Source of the DNA: Methanobacteriota archaeon
GTDB lineage: Archaea; Halobacteriota; Bog-38; Methanoflorentales; Methanoflorentaceae
DNA: 52,704 nt
Reading direction: 5' to 3'
Assembly: GCA_963719035.1 (NCBI GenBank)
Contig: CAVRAO010000010.1
Location: 1 to 52,704 of the forward strand
Positions 32,367 through 42,046 of the stretch are shown in pieces (the stretch's first letter is position 1; every line of letters begins with the position of its first letter). Position numbers and translations under genes: made by a program. The notes below the pieces were generated by a model that was given only the letters and a program-made list of their open reading frames with translations, was not told where the DNA came from and ran no database searches.

Positions 32367-33341
32367 ATGGCATTGTCGGGACTTAAGCGGGATTCACGGG
32401 ATACAGCGACAGCGGATGACGATATACCTATCGGTTCGCACCTCTCGAAGATCTTGGTAGGTATTCCGTGCTACAACGAAGAGGTCGCTATTGGTAGCTT
32501 GATTTTGCGAGCTTCGCAGTACGCCGACGAAGTCGTCGTCCTAGACGACGGGTCGACCGACAAAACGATGGAAGTCGCACGCCTCGCTGGCGCTCACGTG
32601 CTAGTCCATGACGTAAATCTGGGCAAGGGCGCTGCTTTAAGGGACCTCTTCCAGTATGCAATGCATTCAGACGCCGACATCGTCGTTATCATTGACGGAG
32701 ATGGTCAACATAACCCCGATAATATTCCAAAGCTCATAAAACCGCTTTTGCTCAACGAAGCTGATGTCGTTAACGGAAGTCGGTATCTAAACGGGGCAGC
32801 GAGAGACACGCCGCGCTACCGCAGGTTCGGACAGGTCGTTCTCGATAGGGTCACCCATTGGGGCCTCAACGAAGACCTCAACATTACCGACACGCAAAGC
32901 GGTTTCCGTGCATTCTCGATGAAGAGCGTACCTTTCTTCAAGTTTACTACAGACGAGCTGGCGATCGACAGCGAGATGCTCATGGATGCTGCAAAGGCAC
33001 AATTGCGGATCAAGGAAGTGGGCATCGACGTTCGCTATGACGTGGGGCGTTCGTCCAAGAACCCTGTGAGCCACGGTGTGCAGGTGGTTGTGGGGGTAAT
33101 ACGCAACATCGAGTTTCAGAAGCCCTTGCTCGTGTTCGCCGTTCCAGGTGCCGTTCTCGTTACGCTGGGGCTGGTGGTGGGTGCGTACGTCGTACAGATT
33201 TTTCTTCGCTGGAACAAGGTCGTATATGGTCCGACGATGCTAACGATTCTTCTTATGGTTGTGGGGACGCTGATGTTGGTCACAGGGATCCTCCTACACT
33301 CCTTGTCCTCGCTCTCAGTATCGCCGGGCCGAAAGGGCTAA
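32367..33341 (+). CDS. DPM1/AglJ-like GT2 polyprenol-phosphate glycosyltransferase with two C-terminal TM helices
   Basis: IPCYNEE, DDGSTD, GKGAAL, IDGDGQH, GSRY, TDTQSGFRAF. Confidence 0.9.
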   Translation: MALSGLKRDSRDTATADDDIPIGSHLSKILVGIPCYNEEVAIGSLILRASQYADEVVVLDDGSTDKTMEVARLAGAHVLVHDVNLGKGAALRDLFQYAMHSDADIVVIIDGDGQHNPDNIPKLIKPLLLNEADVVNGSRYLNGAARDTPRYRRFGQVVLDRVTHWGLNEDLNITDTQSGFRAFSMKSVPFFKFTTDELAIDSEMLMDAAKAQLRIKEVGIDVRYDVGRSSKNPVSHGVQVVVGVIRNIEFQKPLLVFAVPGAVLVTLGLVVGAYVVQIFLRWNKVVYGPTMLTILLMVVGTLMLVTGILLHSLSSLSVSPGRKG

Positions 33342-33406
33342 ACGTCAGCCTCGGGTCAACCAGTGAATGAGAAGGTATATACTTTCAGCTGCATATAGGC
33401 GCTCAC

Positions 33407-33838
33407 GTGACGCGCGCTGCATCGCTCTCTCCGCTGAGCATAGTGCTCATCGTTATCTTAGCCGTAGCTATTTGTGCGACCGTATTTATCGCGATATCTC
33501 CGCCCCCCTCAGAACCTTTCACTGAACTGTACCTCTTGGGGCCAAGCGGCAAGGCGAGTGGCTATCCAACGAATTTGTCAGTGGGCCAGAACGCCACGGT
33601 GCTCGTGGGGGTTATCAACCGCGAGAACGCCGTGGTGAGTTACCAATTGGTAGCAAAGTTCAACAACACGACATTCGCCACGAAATCGTTCACCCTCGCC
33701 AATAACGAGAAGTGGGAACAACCGCTCTCATTTACGGCAACAACACGAGGCGCGTCGCAAAAGGTGACGTTTGATCTCTTTAAAGGCGCCGACGCGAACG
33801 TGTACCGTTCGGTCTATCTGCTTGTCGACGTAAAGTGA
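33407..33838 (+). CDS. Short DUF1616-like protein (single TM plus extracellular domain)
   Basis: EPFTELYLLGPSGKASGYPTNL...VGVINRE...YRSVYLLVDV matches the C-terminal half of ORF 37811..38743. Confidence 0.8.
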   Translation: MTRAASLSPLSIVLIVILAVAICATVFIAISPPPSEPFTELYLLGPSGKASGYPTNLSVGQNATVLVGVINRENAVVSYQLVAKFNNTTFATKSFTLANNEKWEQPLSFTATTRGASQKVTFDLFKGADANVYRSVYLLVDVK

Positions 33839-33904
33839 CGACTGCAGGTTCTTATAGGTATAGTGCGCTTAAACTGTACGGCTATAAAGAGAGTTGATGA
33901 ACCT

Positions 33905-34873
33905 ATGCCCTCTGCACTAATAACCGGCGTCACAGGACAAGATGGGTCGTACTTAGGAGAATACCTGCTTGACAAAGGCTACGAGGTCTACGGTCTCGTT
34001 CGACGGCTCAGCACCCCTAATCGGTCGCGAATCGACACTATCGCTGATCAGCTGGTTTTGCTTGAAGGCGACATCAGTGACCAGTCGTCGCTGAACGCTG
34101 CGGTGCAAACCGCGATGCCCGATGAGGTCTATCATCTCGCAGCACAATCGTTTGTCGCCACATCTTGGAATCAGCCCGTGTTAACGGGCGACGTCACCGG
34201 GCTTGGTGTCGTTCGTATGCTCGAGGCCGTACGTCATTTCTGCCCTACTGCGCGATTCTACCAAGCGTCAAGTAGTGAGATGTTTGGCACGTCGCCCCAG
34301 CCGTTGAAGAACGAAACGACGCCATTCCACCCACGGAGTCCATATGCGGTCGCCAAAGTGTACGGGTATCATACGACGGTCAATTATCGCGAAAGCTACG
34401 GGCTATTCTGCTGTAACGGCATCCTTTTCAACCACGAATCGCCCCGCCGCGGCATCGAGTTCGTAACCAAGAAGATCTCAGATGGCGTCGCGCGCATTGC
34501 GCATGGTCTAACGAGAGAGCTGCGACTGGGTGATCTCGAGGTGCGGCGTGACTGGGGATATGCCCCTGATTATGTAAAGGCGATGTGGCTTATGCTCCAA
34601 CGAGATGAACCTGACGATTATGTCATCGCTACGGGCGAAAGTCATTCCGTCCGTGATTTTGTCCAACTCGCCTTCGCCGAAGTCGGGTTGAACTGGGAGG
34701 ATTACGTCACCATCGACGATCGCTTCATGCGACCGGCCGACGTTTCTGACTTATGCGGGGACGCCACAAAAGCTCGCGCGATATTGGGATGGACGCCTGA
34801 GACCTCGTTCACTGAACTCGTGCACAAGATGGTGGCTGCTGATATGGACAGCTACTCGAGCGCGCGTGCGTGA
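33905..34873 (+). CDS. gmd: GDP-mannose 4,6-dehydratase
   Basis: ALITGVTGQDGSYL, LAAQSFV, QASSSE, PRSPYAVAK, ILFNHESPRRG, RDWGYA. Confidence 0.96.
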   Translation: MPSALITGVTGQDGSYLGEYLLDKGYEVYGLVRRLSTPNRSRIDTIADQLVLLEGDISDQSSLNAAVQTAMPDEVYHLAAQSFVATSWNQPVLTGDVTGLGVVRMLEAVRHFCPTARFYQASSSEMFGTSPQPLKNETTPFHPRSPYAVAKVYGYHTTVNYRESYGLFCCNGILFNHESPRRGIEFVTKKISDGVARIAHGLTRELRLGDLEVRRDWGYAPDYVKAMWLMLQRDEPDDYVIATGESHSVRDFVQLAFAEVGLNWEDYVTIDDRFMRPADVSDLCGDATKARAILGWTPETSFTELVHKMVAADMDSYSSARA

Positions 34874-37278
34874 ATTCAAAGCCCTGGTCAGAGGACGCGA
34901 TGTTTGCCAATCCCTTTCAGATGAATGACTGGAGCATCACCGCGACGCTCAAGACGAGCTTCGCTCTGTACCTCATAACGTGGGCGTTCATCGGCCTCGA
35001 CGCTGCGGGTTTACACGTACCCCTCGTTCGCGGGCTCTTTGCTCTTGTATCTCTCTTGTTTGTTCCGGGCATCCTCATTCTACGTGTGCTCCGCGCCCAC
35101 CATCTCGGCAGTGCGCGAACCGTGCTCTTTGCCGTTGGGCTCAGCGTCTCGACCGTCATGTTCACGGGGCTTTTTGTGAACTTCGTCTACCCGCTGGTCG
35201 GGGTTGGGCGGCCTTTCGCCCTCCTCCCTGCGGTAGGGACGATGACTACATTCGTTGCGCTGTTGGCTTTGGCTAGCTATTGGCGCGATCGGGACTTCGC
35301 TGATGATCCGCGGATTAGCGCGCAAGAGGTGTCAGCGCCCTCCGCCCTCCTCCTCTGCATCCTGCCATTTATCGTCGTTCTAGGCTCCTTCTTTATGAAC
35401 GCGTATAATAGCAATTTAGCGCTGCTCGGCGGGCTAGTCGCGATTGGCGCGACAGCGTTCTGGGTCGGCACGTCGGCCTCTTTCCCCAAGCGTTTGTACC
35501 CGTTCGCCGTCTTTACGATCGCCCTTGCCTTGAGCTACTTCGGATCGCTCGTCTCTTCGTACGTCTGGGGCTGGGACATTCAAAAGGAGCTCTACCATGC
35601 GAACCTAGTGCTTACGAATGGCGTGTGGCACGCAACGTTGCCCAACGTGACGAACGACGTGACGAACGCCGTCATCAGCGTTACGATGCTCGCGCCTATG
35701 CTCGCGCAAACATCAGGTCTGAGCTTGGTATGGCTGTTTAAGCTCGTCTATCCCCTGTTGTTCGCGTTGGTGCCGCTCGGACTCTTCGTAGCCGTTCAAA
35801 AACAAACGAACGATAAAATCGCGTTTCTTGCCGCCTTTTTTGTCTCATCTTTGTTTACGTTCTTTAGTGAGATGCCCGCGCTAGCGCGGCAGGAAATCGC
35901 GGAACTCTTCCTCGTGCTGCTGTTGGTCGTTATGGTGGATAAGTATCGATCCAGAGACGAAAAAAAGCGCGTATACGTGCTATTTGGAATTTTCGCCGTC
36001 TCGCTCGCGGTATCGCATTATTCGCTCGCTTTTCTCTATATTATATACCTCATCATCGCTTGGCTGCTGCTGTTTCTCATAGATAATCCGGCCTTGCGCC
36101 GTTTACAGCGATCGGTGGAGGGCGTGCCGACAGATCAATCTGCGACGCCGCACCGCATGCTGACGCTCGTCTTTGTTCTCGCGTTCGCTGCGTTTACCGT
36201 CGCCTGGTACATGAGTTTGGGGGCGGCTGCCTCCTTATCAATCGACAAAACACTCACGAAGATCGTTTACGACATCTTCACGCCGCGCGCGATTGCTCTC
36301 GCCGTTGGGATCGGGACCGCGGTCTACCTTATCGCTCTTGGACTCATCTACGTTATCGCGTCTCGGCGGGCGCACGGGTTGCGACCGGGACTGTCTTGTG
36401 TCTCTCCTATCGCGCTCTTAGCAGCGCTCGGTGCGATCACACTGAATAACTGGAAGACGGCACTCAATGACGTGCTTCAGATTGGCACCCAATCACCGCT
36501 TCACGAAGTAGGGCGCCTCCTCTATATTATTAGCGTGTTTCTCATCGCTGTTGGGCTCTGCGCTTTAGCGTTCCGTTACTACAGGCGTCGTTTCGACAAG
36601 GAGCTTGTCGCGCTCGCACTCGCCAGTTTCACCGTTTTAGCTGCAGCAACGATCGTACCGCCGCTCTCTTTCATTATGAACACGACTCGGCTTTTCCACG
36701 TCTCAACGCTATTGCTGGCGCCGTTTTGCGTCACCGGTGCGCTGCTCGTTCCGCAGATAGCGGCTCGCGTCATTGGGTGGCGGGACAGCGCAAGCGACGC
36801 ATACGTATTGAAAATTGTAGCCGCCTTTTTTGTCGTAATCTTTTTGTTCAATTCTGGATTTATCTACGAGGTGACGCACCAGGAGTCAACCTCCTTTATC
36901 TTAAATGGCGACATTGACGCGGCGCGCTTTAACGCGAGGGAGGTGGCGGCGGGCCAGTGGCTATTCCAAGTGCACGGCAAGAACGTTAGCGGGAAGTACT
37001 TGCCAATTTATGCGGATGCGCATCGTGCTGCGCTATTGAGAAGTTTCATAAACGATGGTGCTTATTCACTGCGACAGCCGCCGACAACAACACCGCTTAT
37101 CGGATACGTTTACCTAGGCACGTACAACATGGAAACCGGGCAGGTTGCGCAGGTGCAAAATGACTCATTACTTCAAGGTACCGTAATAAGCTATGCCTCT
37201 CTTGGCACAACAAATGCAATTCGCAGCAAGGTTTTTGACGATGGGGGGGCCGCTATCTATTACGGTAGCGCTAATTGA
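34870..37278 (+). CDS. DUF2206 family polytopic membrane protein
   Basis: 802 aa with many TM segments; FVPG, GWDIQKE, RQEIAELF, SHYSLA, TTRLFH, FLFNSG and a soluble C-terminal tail. Start overlaps the gmd stop (GTGA). Confidence 0.82.
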   Translation: MNSKPWSEDAMFANPFQMNDWSITATLKTSFALYLITWAFIGLDAAGLHVPLVRGLFALVSLLFVPGILILRVLRAHHLGSARTVLFAVGLSVSTVMFTGLFVNFVYPLVGVGRPFALLPAVGTMTTFVALLALASYWRDRDFADDPRISAQEVSAPSALLLCILPFIVVLGSFFMNAYNSNLALLGGLVAIGATAFWVGTSASFPKRLYPFAVFTIALALSYFGSLVSSYVWGWDIQKELYHANLVLTNGVWHATLPNVTNDVTNAVISVTMLAPMLAQTSGLSLVWLFKLVYPLLFALVPLGLFVAVQKQTNDKIAFLAAFFVSSLFTFFSEMPALARQEIAELFLVLLLVVMVDKYRSRDEKKRVYVLFGIFAVSLAVSHYSLAFLYIIYLIIAWLLLFLIDNPALRRLQRSVEGVPTDQSATPHRMLTLVFVLAFAAFTVAWYMSLGAAASLSIDKTLTKIVYDIFTPRAIALAVGIGTAVYLIALGLIYVIASRRAHGLRPGLSCVSPIALLAALGAITLNNWKTALNDVLQIGTQSPLHEVGRLLYIISVFLIAVGLCALAFRYYRRRFDKELVALALASFTVLAAATIVPPLSFIMNTTRLFHVSTLLLAPFCVTGALLVPQIAARVIGWRDSASDAYVLKIVAAFFVVIFLFNSGFIYEVTHQESTSFILNGDIDAARFNAREVAAGQWLFQVHGKNVSGKYLPIYADAHRAALLRSFINDGAYSLRQPPTTTPLIGYVYLGTYNMETGQVAQVQNDSLLQGTVISYASLGTTNAIRSKVFDDGGAAIYYGSAN
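35645..35668 (+). repeat. In-frame 12-bp tandem duplication inside the DUF2206 gene
   Basis: ACGTGACGAACG twice, encoding NVTNDVTNA. Confidence 0.75.
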
Positions 37279-37470
37279 CGCCTTTTACTATAAGCGATAC
37301 TAATCCTCGCCGCTGAGTTAGTACCTCTTGTGGCGCATCATCTTCTAACGCCGCAAGGTAAGGCACCTCGTGTAGTGGGCCACTCGGCGGCATCAAAAAA
37401 GGTTTTCAGACGACTGCTTGCTAATCAGACTAACTACCGGACTTCTGTCTCCAGCACCGCCAGAACGTGG

Positions 37471-37722
37471 TCATCGTCCGACGAAAGCGAGCGCGATTCT
37501 CACTCCGATGACTAAGAGAAAAACGGCGCTAATTGGCATGGCGAACACATAGAACGTCGTCTCGACGCTTTTGCTCCAATATGGCGTCTCCTTAAGAGCT
37601 GCTCTTGGGAAAAACAATAGCATAACAATGATCGTCAAAAAAGAGCCGATGAACATAACCGTATCGCTGGATATGGTTGACAGCAGACTCGCAACAGCGA
37701 TAGCCACAGGTGTAGATGGCAC
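37471..37722 (-). CDS. Small hydrophobic membrane protein
   Basis: 83 aa with two to three hydrophobic segments, directly downstream of and co-oriented with the DUF1616 gene. Confidence 0.7.
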   Translation of the reverse strand: MPSTPVAIAVASLLSTISSDTVMFIGSFLTIIVMLLFFPRAALKETPYWSKSVETTFYVFAMPISAVFLLVIGVRIALAFVGR

Positions 37723-37810
37723 AACTCAACATGGGCACTTTCATACTTAAGTGCGCGTAGGGCATTAAGCTCGCGCGTTGCTTAGCGGTGCGTGTGTTTA
37801 AACGTTCACC

Positions 37811-38743
37811 TCACGCTGTGACGTTGACCCACAAATGGGTCATCTGGAGTGGTGAGGTGTCGTTGTTGGCGTAAAGGATGAAACTCAGTTTTAGGTTCGT
37901 CCCGATTTGGTCAGGCCGTATCGCCACGGTTTGTTCCCAATTCTGGTTGTTTGCTAGGCTGAATTTTTCGGTGGAAAGCGTGCTCGATCCTGTCGTGCCG
38001 TTGAGCGAGGCGACAAGGGTGTAATCTACAGCACGCTGCTCGTGGTTCGTGACACCTACAATCACCGATTGCTCCTCTCCGAGGCGGAACTGAGACGGGT
38101 AATCCTGTGCTTTGCCATCCGGGCCAAGAACGTACAGCTCAGTGTAGGGCTGACCGCTGAATGGCGTTGCTACCAAGTAGACCGTCGCGACAAGCGACGT
38201 TATAACGATAAGCATTAACACGATAACAAGCGTCTTGTCGAGCGTTCCTGTAACTTTTGGCAGGGACAGTGCTCGTCTCACGTCTGAAACGCGAGGAATG
38301 ACGACGACAAATGGCTGCGCAGCGGAAAGAGAGCGGCGTCGCACGTACGCAGCGCACGTGCCTATAACGACGAAGACTGACGTTGACGCAACGAGTGGCG
38401 CTGAACTCAGGCCTAATTGGGTATACCTTAGGAGAAGGCCAACGCCGCCAACGATAATCACGCTAAAAACCAAAGAGAAGAGGACCCGCTCTACGTTCGT
38501 TATGCTCTCCTTTTTCGGAAAAACAGCAGCGAGCAACGCATAGCCGGGGGCGAAAAAGATAAGCACCAATCCTACGATAGCGCGGGGTATCATCACGCTC
38601 CCCAAGGGCGCTAAGACGACAACGATCGCTGCAGCGGTTACGATCAAAATAAGCGCTAAATCGAAGTATAGATGAGGGTTAGGCGCGGTTTTAGAGCTTT
38701 TGCACTGCTCATTGACGTCGGGACTTTGCTTGCTTTGTGTCAC
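37811..38743 (-). CDS. DUF1616 domain membrane protein
   Basis: FFAPGYALLAAVFP, ERVLFS, YTELYVLGPDGKAQDYP, VGVTNHE, HLWVNV. Confidence 0.88.
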   Translation of the reverse strand: MTQSKQSPDVNEQCKSSKTAPNPHLYFDLALILIVTAAAIVVVLAPLGSVMIPRAIVGLVLIFFAPGYALLAAVFPKKESITNVERVLFSLVFSVIIVGGVGLLLRYTQLGLSSAPLVASTSVFVVIGTCAAYVRRRSLSAAQPFVVVIPRVSDVRRALSLPKVTGTLDKTLVIVLMLIVITSLVATVYLVATPFSGQPYTELYVLGPDGKAQDYPSQFRLGEEQSVIVGVTNHEQRAVDYTLVASLNGTTGSSTLSTEKFSLANNQNWEQTVAIRPDQIGTNLKLSFILYANNDTSPLQMTHLWVNVTA

Positions 38744-38926
38744 GTGGCTTCTGTCGATACTCCTTATTCATTGCGTTAATGTACACGCGTGACAATTGGT
38801 TTGAGGTACGAATGATATTGATATATACCTGTTGATGTCTGCAGACGGTCTTGGACGGTGCAGCGTTGCGGGCCCCACGCGCAAACGCCACGCCTTTCGA
38901 CTGTGGTCGTTTTCGCGCCTTAGTTG

Positions 38927-39874
38927 CTAAGGGCCCCCCTCACGCGCGGAGCGGGTATACATAACGTAGCCGAAGCAGAATCCAATTCCCCAGAAGACAA
39001 GAATGGTGCCGACGAGCAATGTTTGTATCAGCGCAATGCGCGACCGATGAACGATTGTCTCGCGCATTCTGTTCGGGAAGAACTCGAATAAGAGTGTCGA
39101 TAAGTAATCGCGCCTTGTGTGAGGAGAGACTCGGTGTCCGGCGGCCCGTATCATATTCCCTTCTGACACGCCACCGGCAAACGCCCGCTTTAGCAACGCG
39201 TCGAATGTAAGCCTTTTTGCCGGAATTGCATGAAACACCTTCACGTCAGGGTTGCACAAGATCTTGAAGCCCGCTTGTTTTACGCGCCACACGAGCTCCG
39301 TGTCTTCGCCGCCAATCCACTTTTTTCCCTGCAACCCGAGACGTTCGTCAAACAGTCCGACTTGGTCGAGCACCGTCCTTCGGAAGGCCATGTTAGTGCC
39401 GAAACTGCGCTCAACTTCATATGTGGTCGCCGCCGTCACGTAGGAGCAACTGATCATCCAATAGAGCTCCTTTGGGAACCAGGAGGCGTTACTTTCCCAC
39501 CGAGGGATGGTTGACCCTGTGATCGCGCCGATACGTTCGTCCTCGGTAAAAGACGCAACCATCGTTTGTGTCCACGTTGGATCGGCCATAGCATCATCAT
39601 CAATCAACGCGATGATCTCGCCATTGGTTTCTTTTATGCCGAGATTTCTTGCATAAGACACGCCCTTGAGCTCTTCATTGAAGATGAGCTTAACGTTGCT
39701 CCAGTCATAGAGCTTTGCATCAGACACCATCTGACGGTACAGCGACGCGTTCTGGTCAATGACCACGACGATCTCTTCGACGGGAAAGACCTCTTCGCGC
39801 AGGGACTGTACTGTTTGGAGCAAATAGTGATAACGTTCAAGCGAATATGCACACACAATAACGCTAATTTTCAC
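38927..39874 (-). CDS. GT2 glycosyltransferase, AglG-like
   Basis: ISVIVCAYSLER, SYARNLG, IDDDA, WFPKELYWMISC, GTNMAFRR, GGEDTEL. Confidence 0.88.
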   Translation of the reverse strand: MKISVIVCAYSLERYHYLLQTVQSLREEVFPVEEIVVVIDQNASLYRQMVSDAKLYDWSNVKLIFNEELKGVSYARNLGIKETNGEIIALIDDDAMADPTWTQTMVASFTEDERIGAITGSTIPRWESNASWFPKELYWMISCSYVTAATTYEVERSFGTNMAFRRTVLDQVGLFDERLGLQGKKWIGGEDTELVWRVKQAGFKILCNPDVKVFHAIPAKRLTFDALLKRAFAGGVSEGNMIRAAGHRVSPHTRRDYLSTLLFEFFPNRMRETIVHRSRIALIQTLLVGTILVFWGIGFCFGYVMYTRSAREGGP

Positions 39875-40146
39875 GAAAACCTCTGGTATCTAGCGCTGCG
39901 CAGTGCCCCCTCTGCGCGGATTGTTGAGGCGCTTTTGTTTTTTCAGATAGATAAAATGATCCATATGCGGGGGCAACGCTGCCGCGTCGCAAACACTGCC
40001 GTTTCACGCGTTGCCGGAGAGATACCGCTGTTGCATCATTTGGCGCCGCCTTTCTTGATCCCGCGCTCTCGCGTGCTGGTCCGAACGGTAAAGCTTATGA
40101 GTTTGTTCGGCGTTGGCGAAATCGAGTCCGGTTCGAAAAAGTCACG

Positions 40147-41913
40147 TTGACCGCCCTTGGAACGGGCACTAAAGCTGGAGGGTGCAACATCGAAGTAACT
40201 CCGAGGACGAAATCGCTCTCGTCGGCGATACTTACCGCAGCGTCGTGGGCACTCTGGGCGTTCGCGCTCATCACGATTAAAAACAGCGGCTTGAACCTCG
40301 GCGCCTACGGATTGGCCGGCAGCCTGCCTCCAATTTTCTTTGCTGCATGCGCCGCTTTAAGCCTCGCGTTTATCCTCAACCTTGCAACGCCGCGCGTTGA
40401 CCGGTGGAGAGACGCCCTCTTCGTGTGCCAAATCGCCCTTTTAATAGCATTCCTTTTTGTCACGCCGGCGTTGATCGAGCCGTTTCCGCGGTTTCGAACG
40501 ACTTACAAGGTTGTTGGGCTCACCTACCTCTGGATAGCTAGTGGGGCGGTCAATCCGGCCGCCAGTGTGCTGTTCAACTGGCCGAGCGCGTGGGCGCTTT
40601 TTTCCGCGGTGTTCCAGGTTGCGTTGCCCTCTCCTGACACGCTGAGCGTTTTTGTCAAGTACTATGCGCCGCTTATAGAGGCCGCATATCGGCATGGCAT
40701 TCTACGTGCTGTTCAGGCCATTCTTAAGCAAAAAGCAGATTTATTTGGCGCTTTTTCTGTTTTATTCAATGAACTACGTCGGACAGGATTACTTAAGCCC
40801 TCAATCGGTGGCGTACCTCTTGTTCCTTGCCTTTTTGGCGCTTACATTTGTGTACATCATTCGCGCCCCCTCGATGACGATGCAGTATCCCACGGTCGCC
40901 ACCTCATCACTTCTGTTTATCATCTTCCTGTCGCTGGTCGTCACGCACTTTTTGACGTCTCTTGCTCTCCTGCTTTTTTTTGTCGTATTTGCCTTTTCAG
41001 CGCGAATCATCGAGAAGGTGCGATTGAACCGATTTGTTGTGCCGTATGTGGTCGCGATTCGCCGGCTGGATGCTGTTCGGTTCCGCCGCTTATTTCAACT
41101 ACATACTCAACAGGCAGGCTGCACAGCCTGTTTCGGAAAGCCTCTCGCAAGGACTTCAGCCGGGGGTTACGGGGGGGCTGGGAACCCCTTCTGGGGCAGT
41201 CGGAAGCGTTTCGCACGCATTCATAGCGAACGTGGGCATCTTAGTGGGCTGTGGCAATAGCTGGCGTAGTGAGCATCTGGTTTATATACCGATACGCTTT
41301 GTTGAGGGAGCTTGAAAAGACTGAAGCCGCCTTTCTCGCGCTGCTTGTCGGCATAACGCCAATCCTGTTGCTCCCCGGGTATGGCGGAGAGCTACTGTTT
41401 CGAGGTTTCTTATTAGCGCTCCCAGCGCTCGTGTACTATTTCGTGAAAAACGTAAGTTTTCGCGCTTTAAAGATCGCAGCGGTGGTGATCCTGCTCGCCG
41501 GCCCGATGCTGCACGTCGTTGTCGCTTACGGCAACGAAAGCTTCAACTACGTGAGTCCTTCAGAGATTTCGAGTTACGACTTCTTTTACCGGACCGTTGC
41601 CAATGGGTCGGTTTTTGGAGGCTTTCCTGTCGCGGAGTACGTCAATCAGCAGAATTACTCAAGCAGAAGTGTGCTTCAGTTTGTCTCACTCACAAGCGCA
41701 GGGCCGCTCAACGCATCTGTGCAATCCAATCTCTCAAGCGCAGGGGCATCGTATATCTTCTTTACGAGCGGAGATGATGCAATCATTCGGACGTTGTACG
41801 CCCCTCGAGTGAATGATTACCAAAACGCGAAAAACGTGACAGCAAACACCCCCTATCTTAACTTGATCTACTCTTCAGCCGACGTTGCGCTTTACCAAGT
41901 TCGGCCTTCCTGA
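40147..41913 (+). CDS. Polytopic membrane protein, GT-C/DUF2206-related (frameshifts near 40688, 41060 and 41255)
   Basis: Hydrophobic segments hop between ORFs 40147, 40694, 41034 and 41251. Motifs PRF..TYK, FNWP, NYVGQDYLSPQ, THFLTS, YGGELLFR, YGNE; the soluble tail has several N-x-S/T sequons. Confidence 0.75.
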
Positions 41914-42046
41914 GCGTTGCTGCCTCCTGCATCCTTCGTGCGTCTGCGGAGCTACAGTGCTAATTCATATAACGGCAGCTGTCGAATGATCCGTTCGGTC
42001 ATGGAGGATCCTCAGTGCCACGGCAAAACTGCCGGGGACTGACAGA

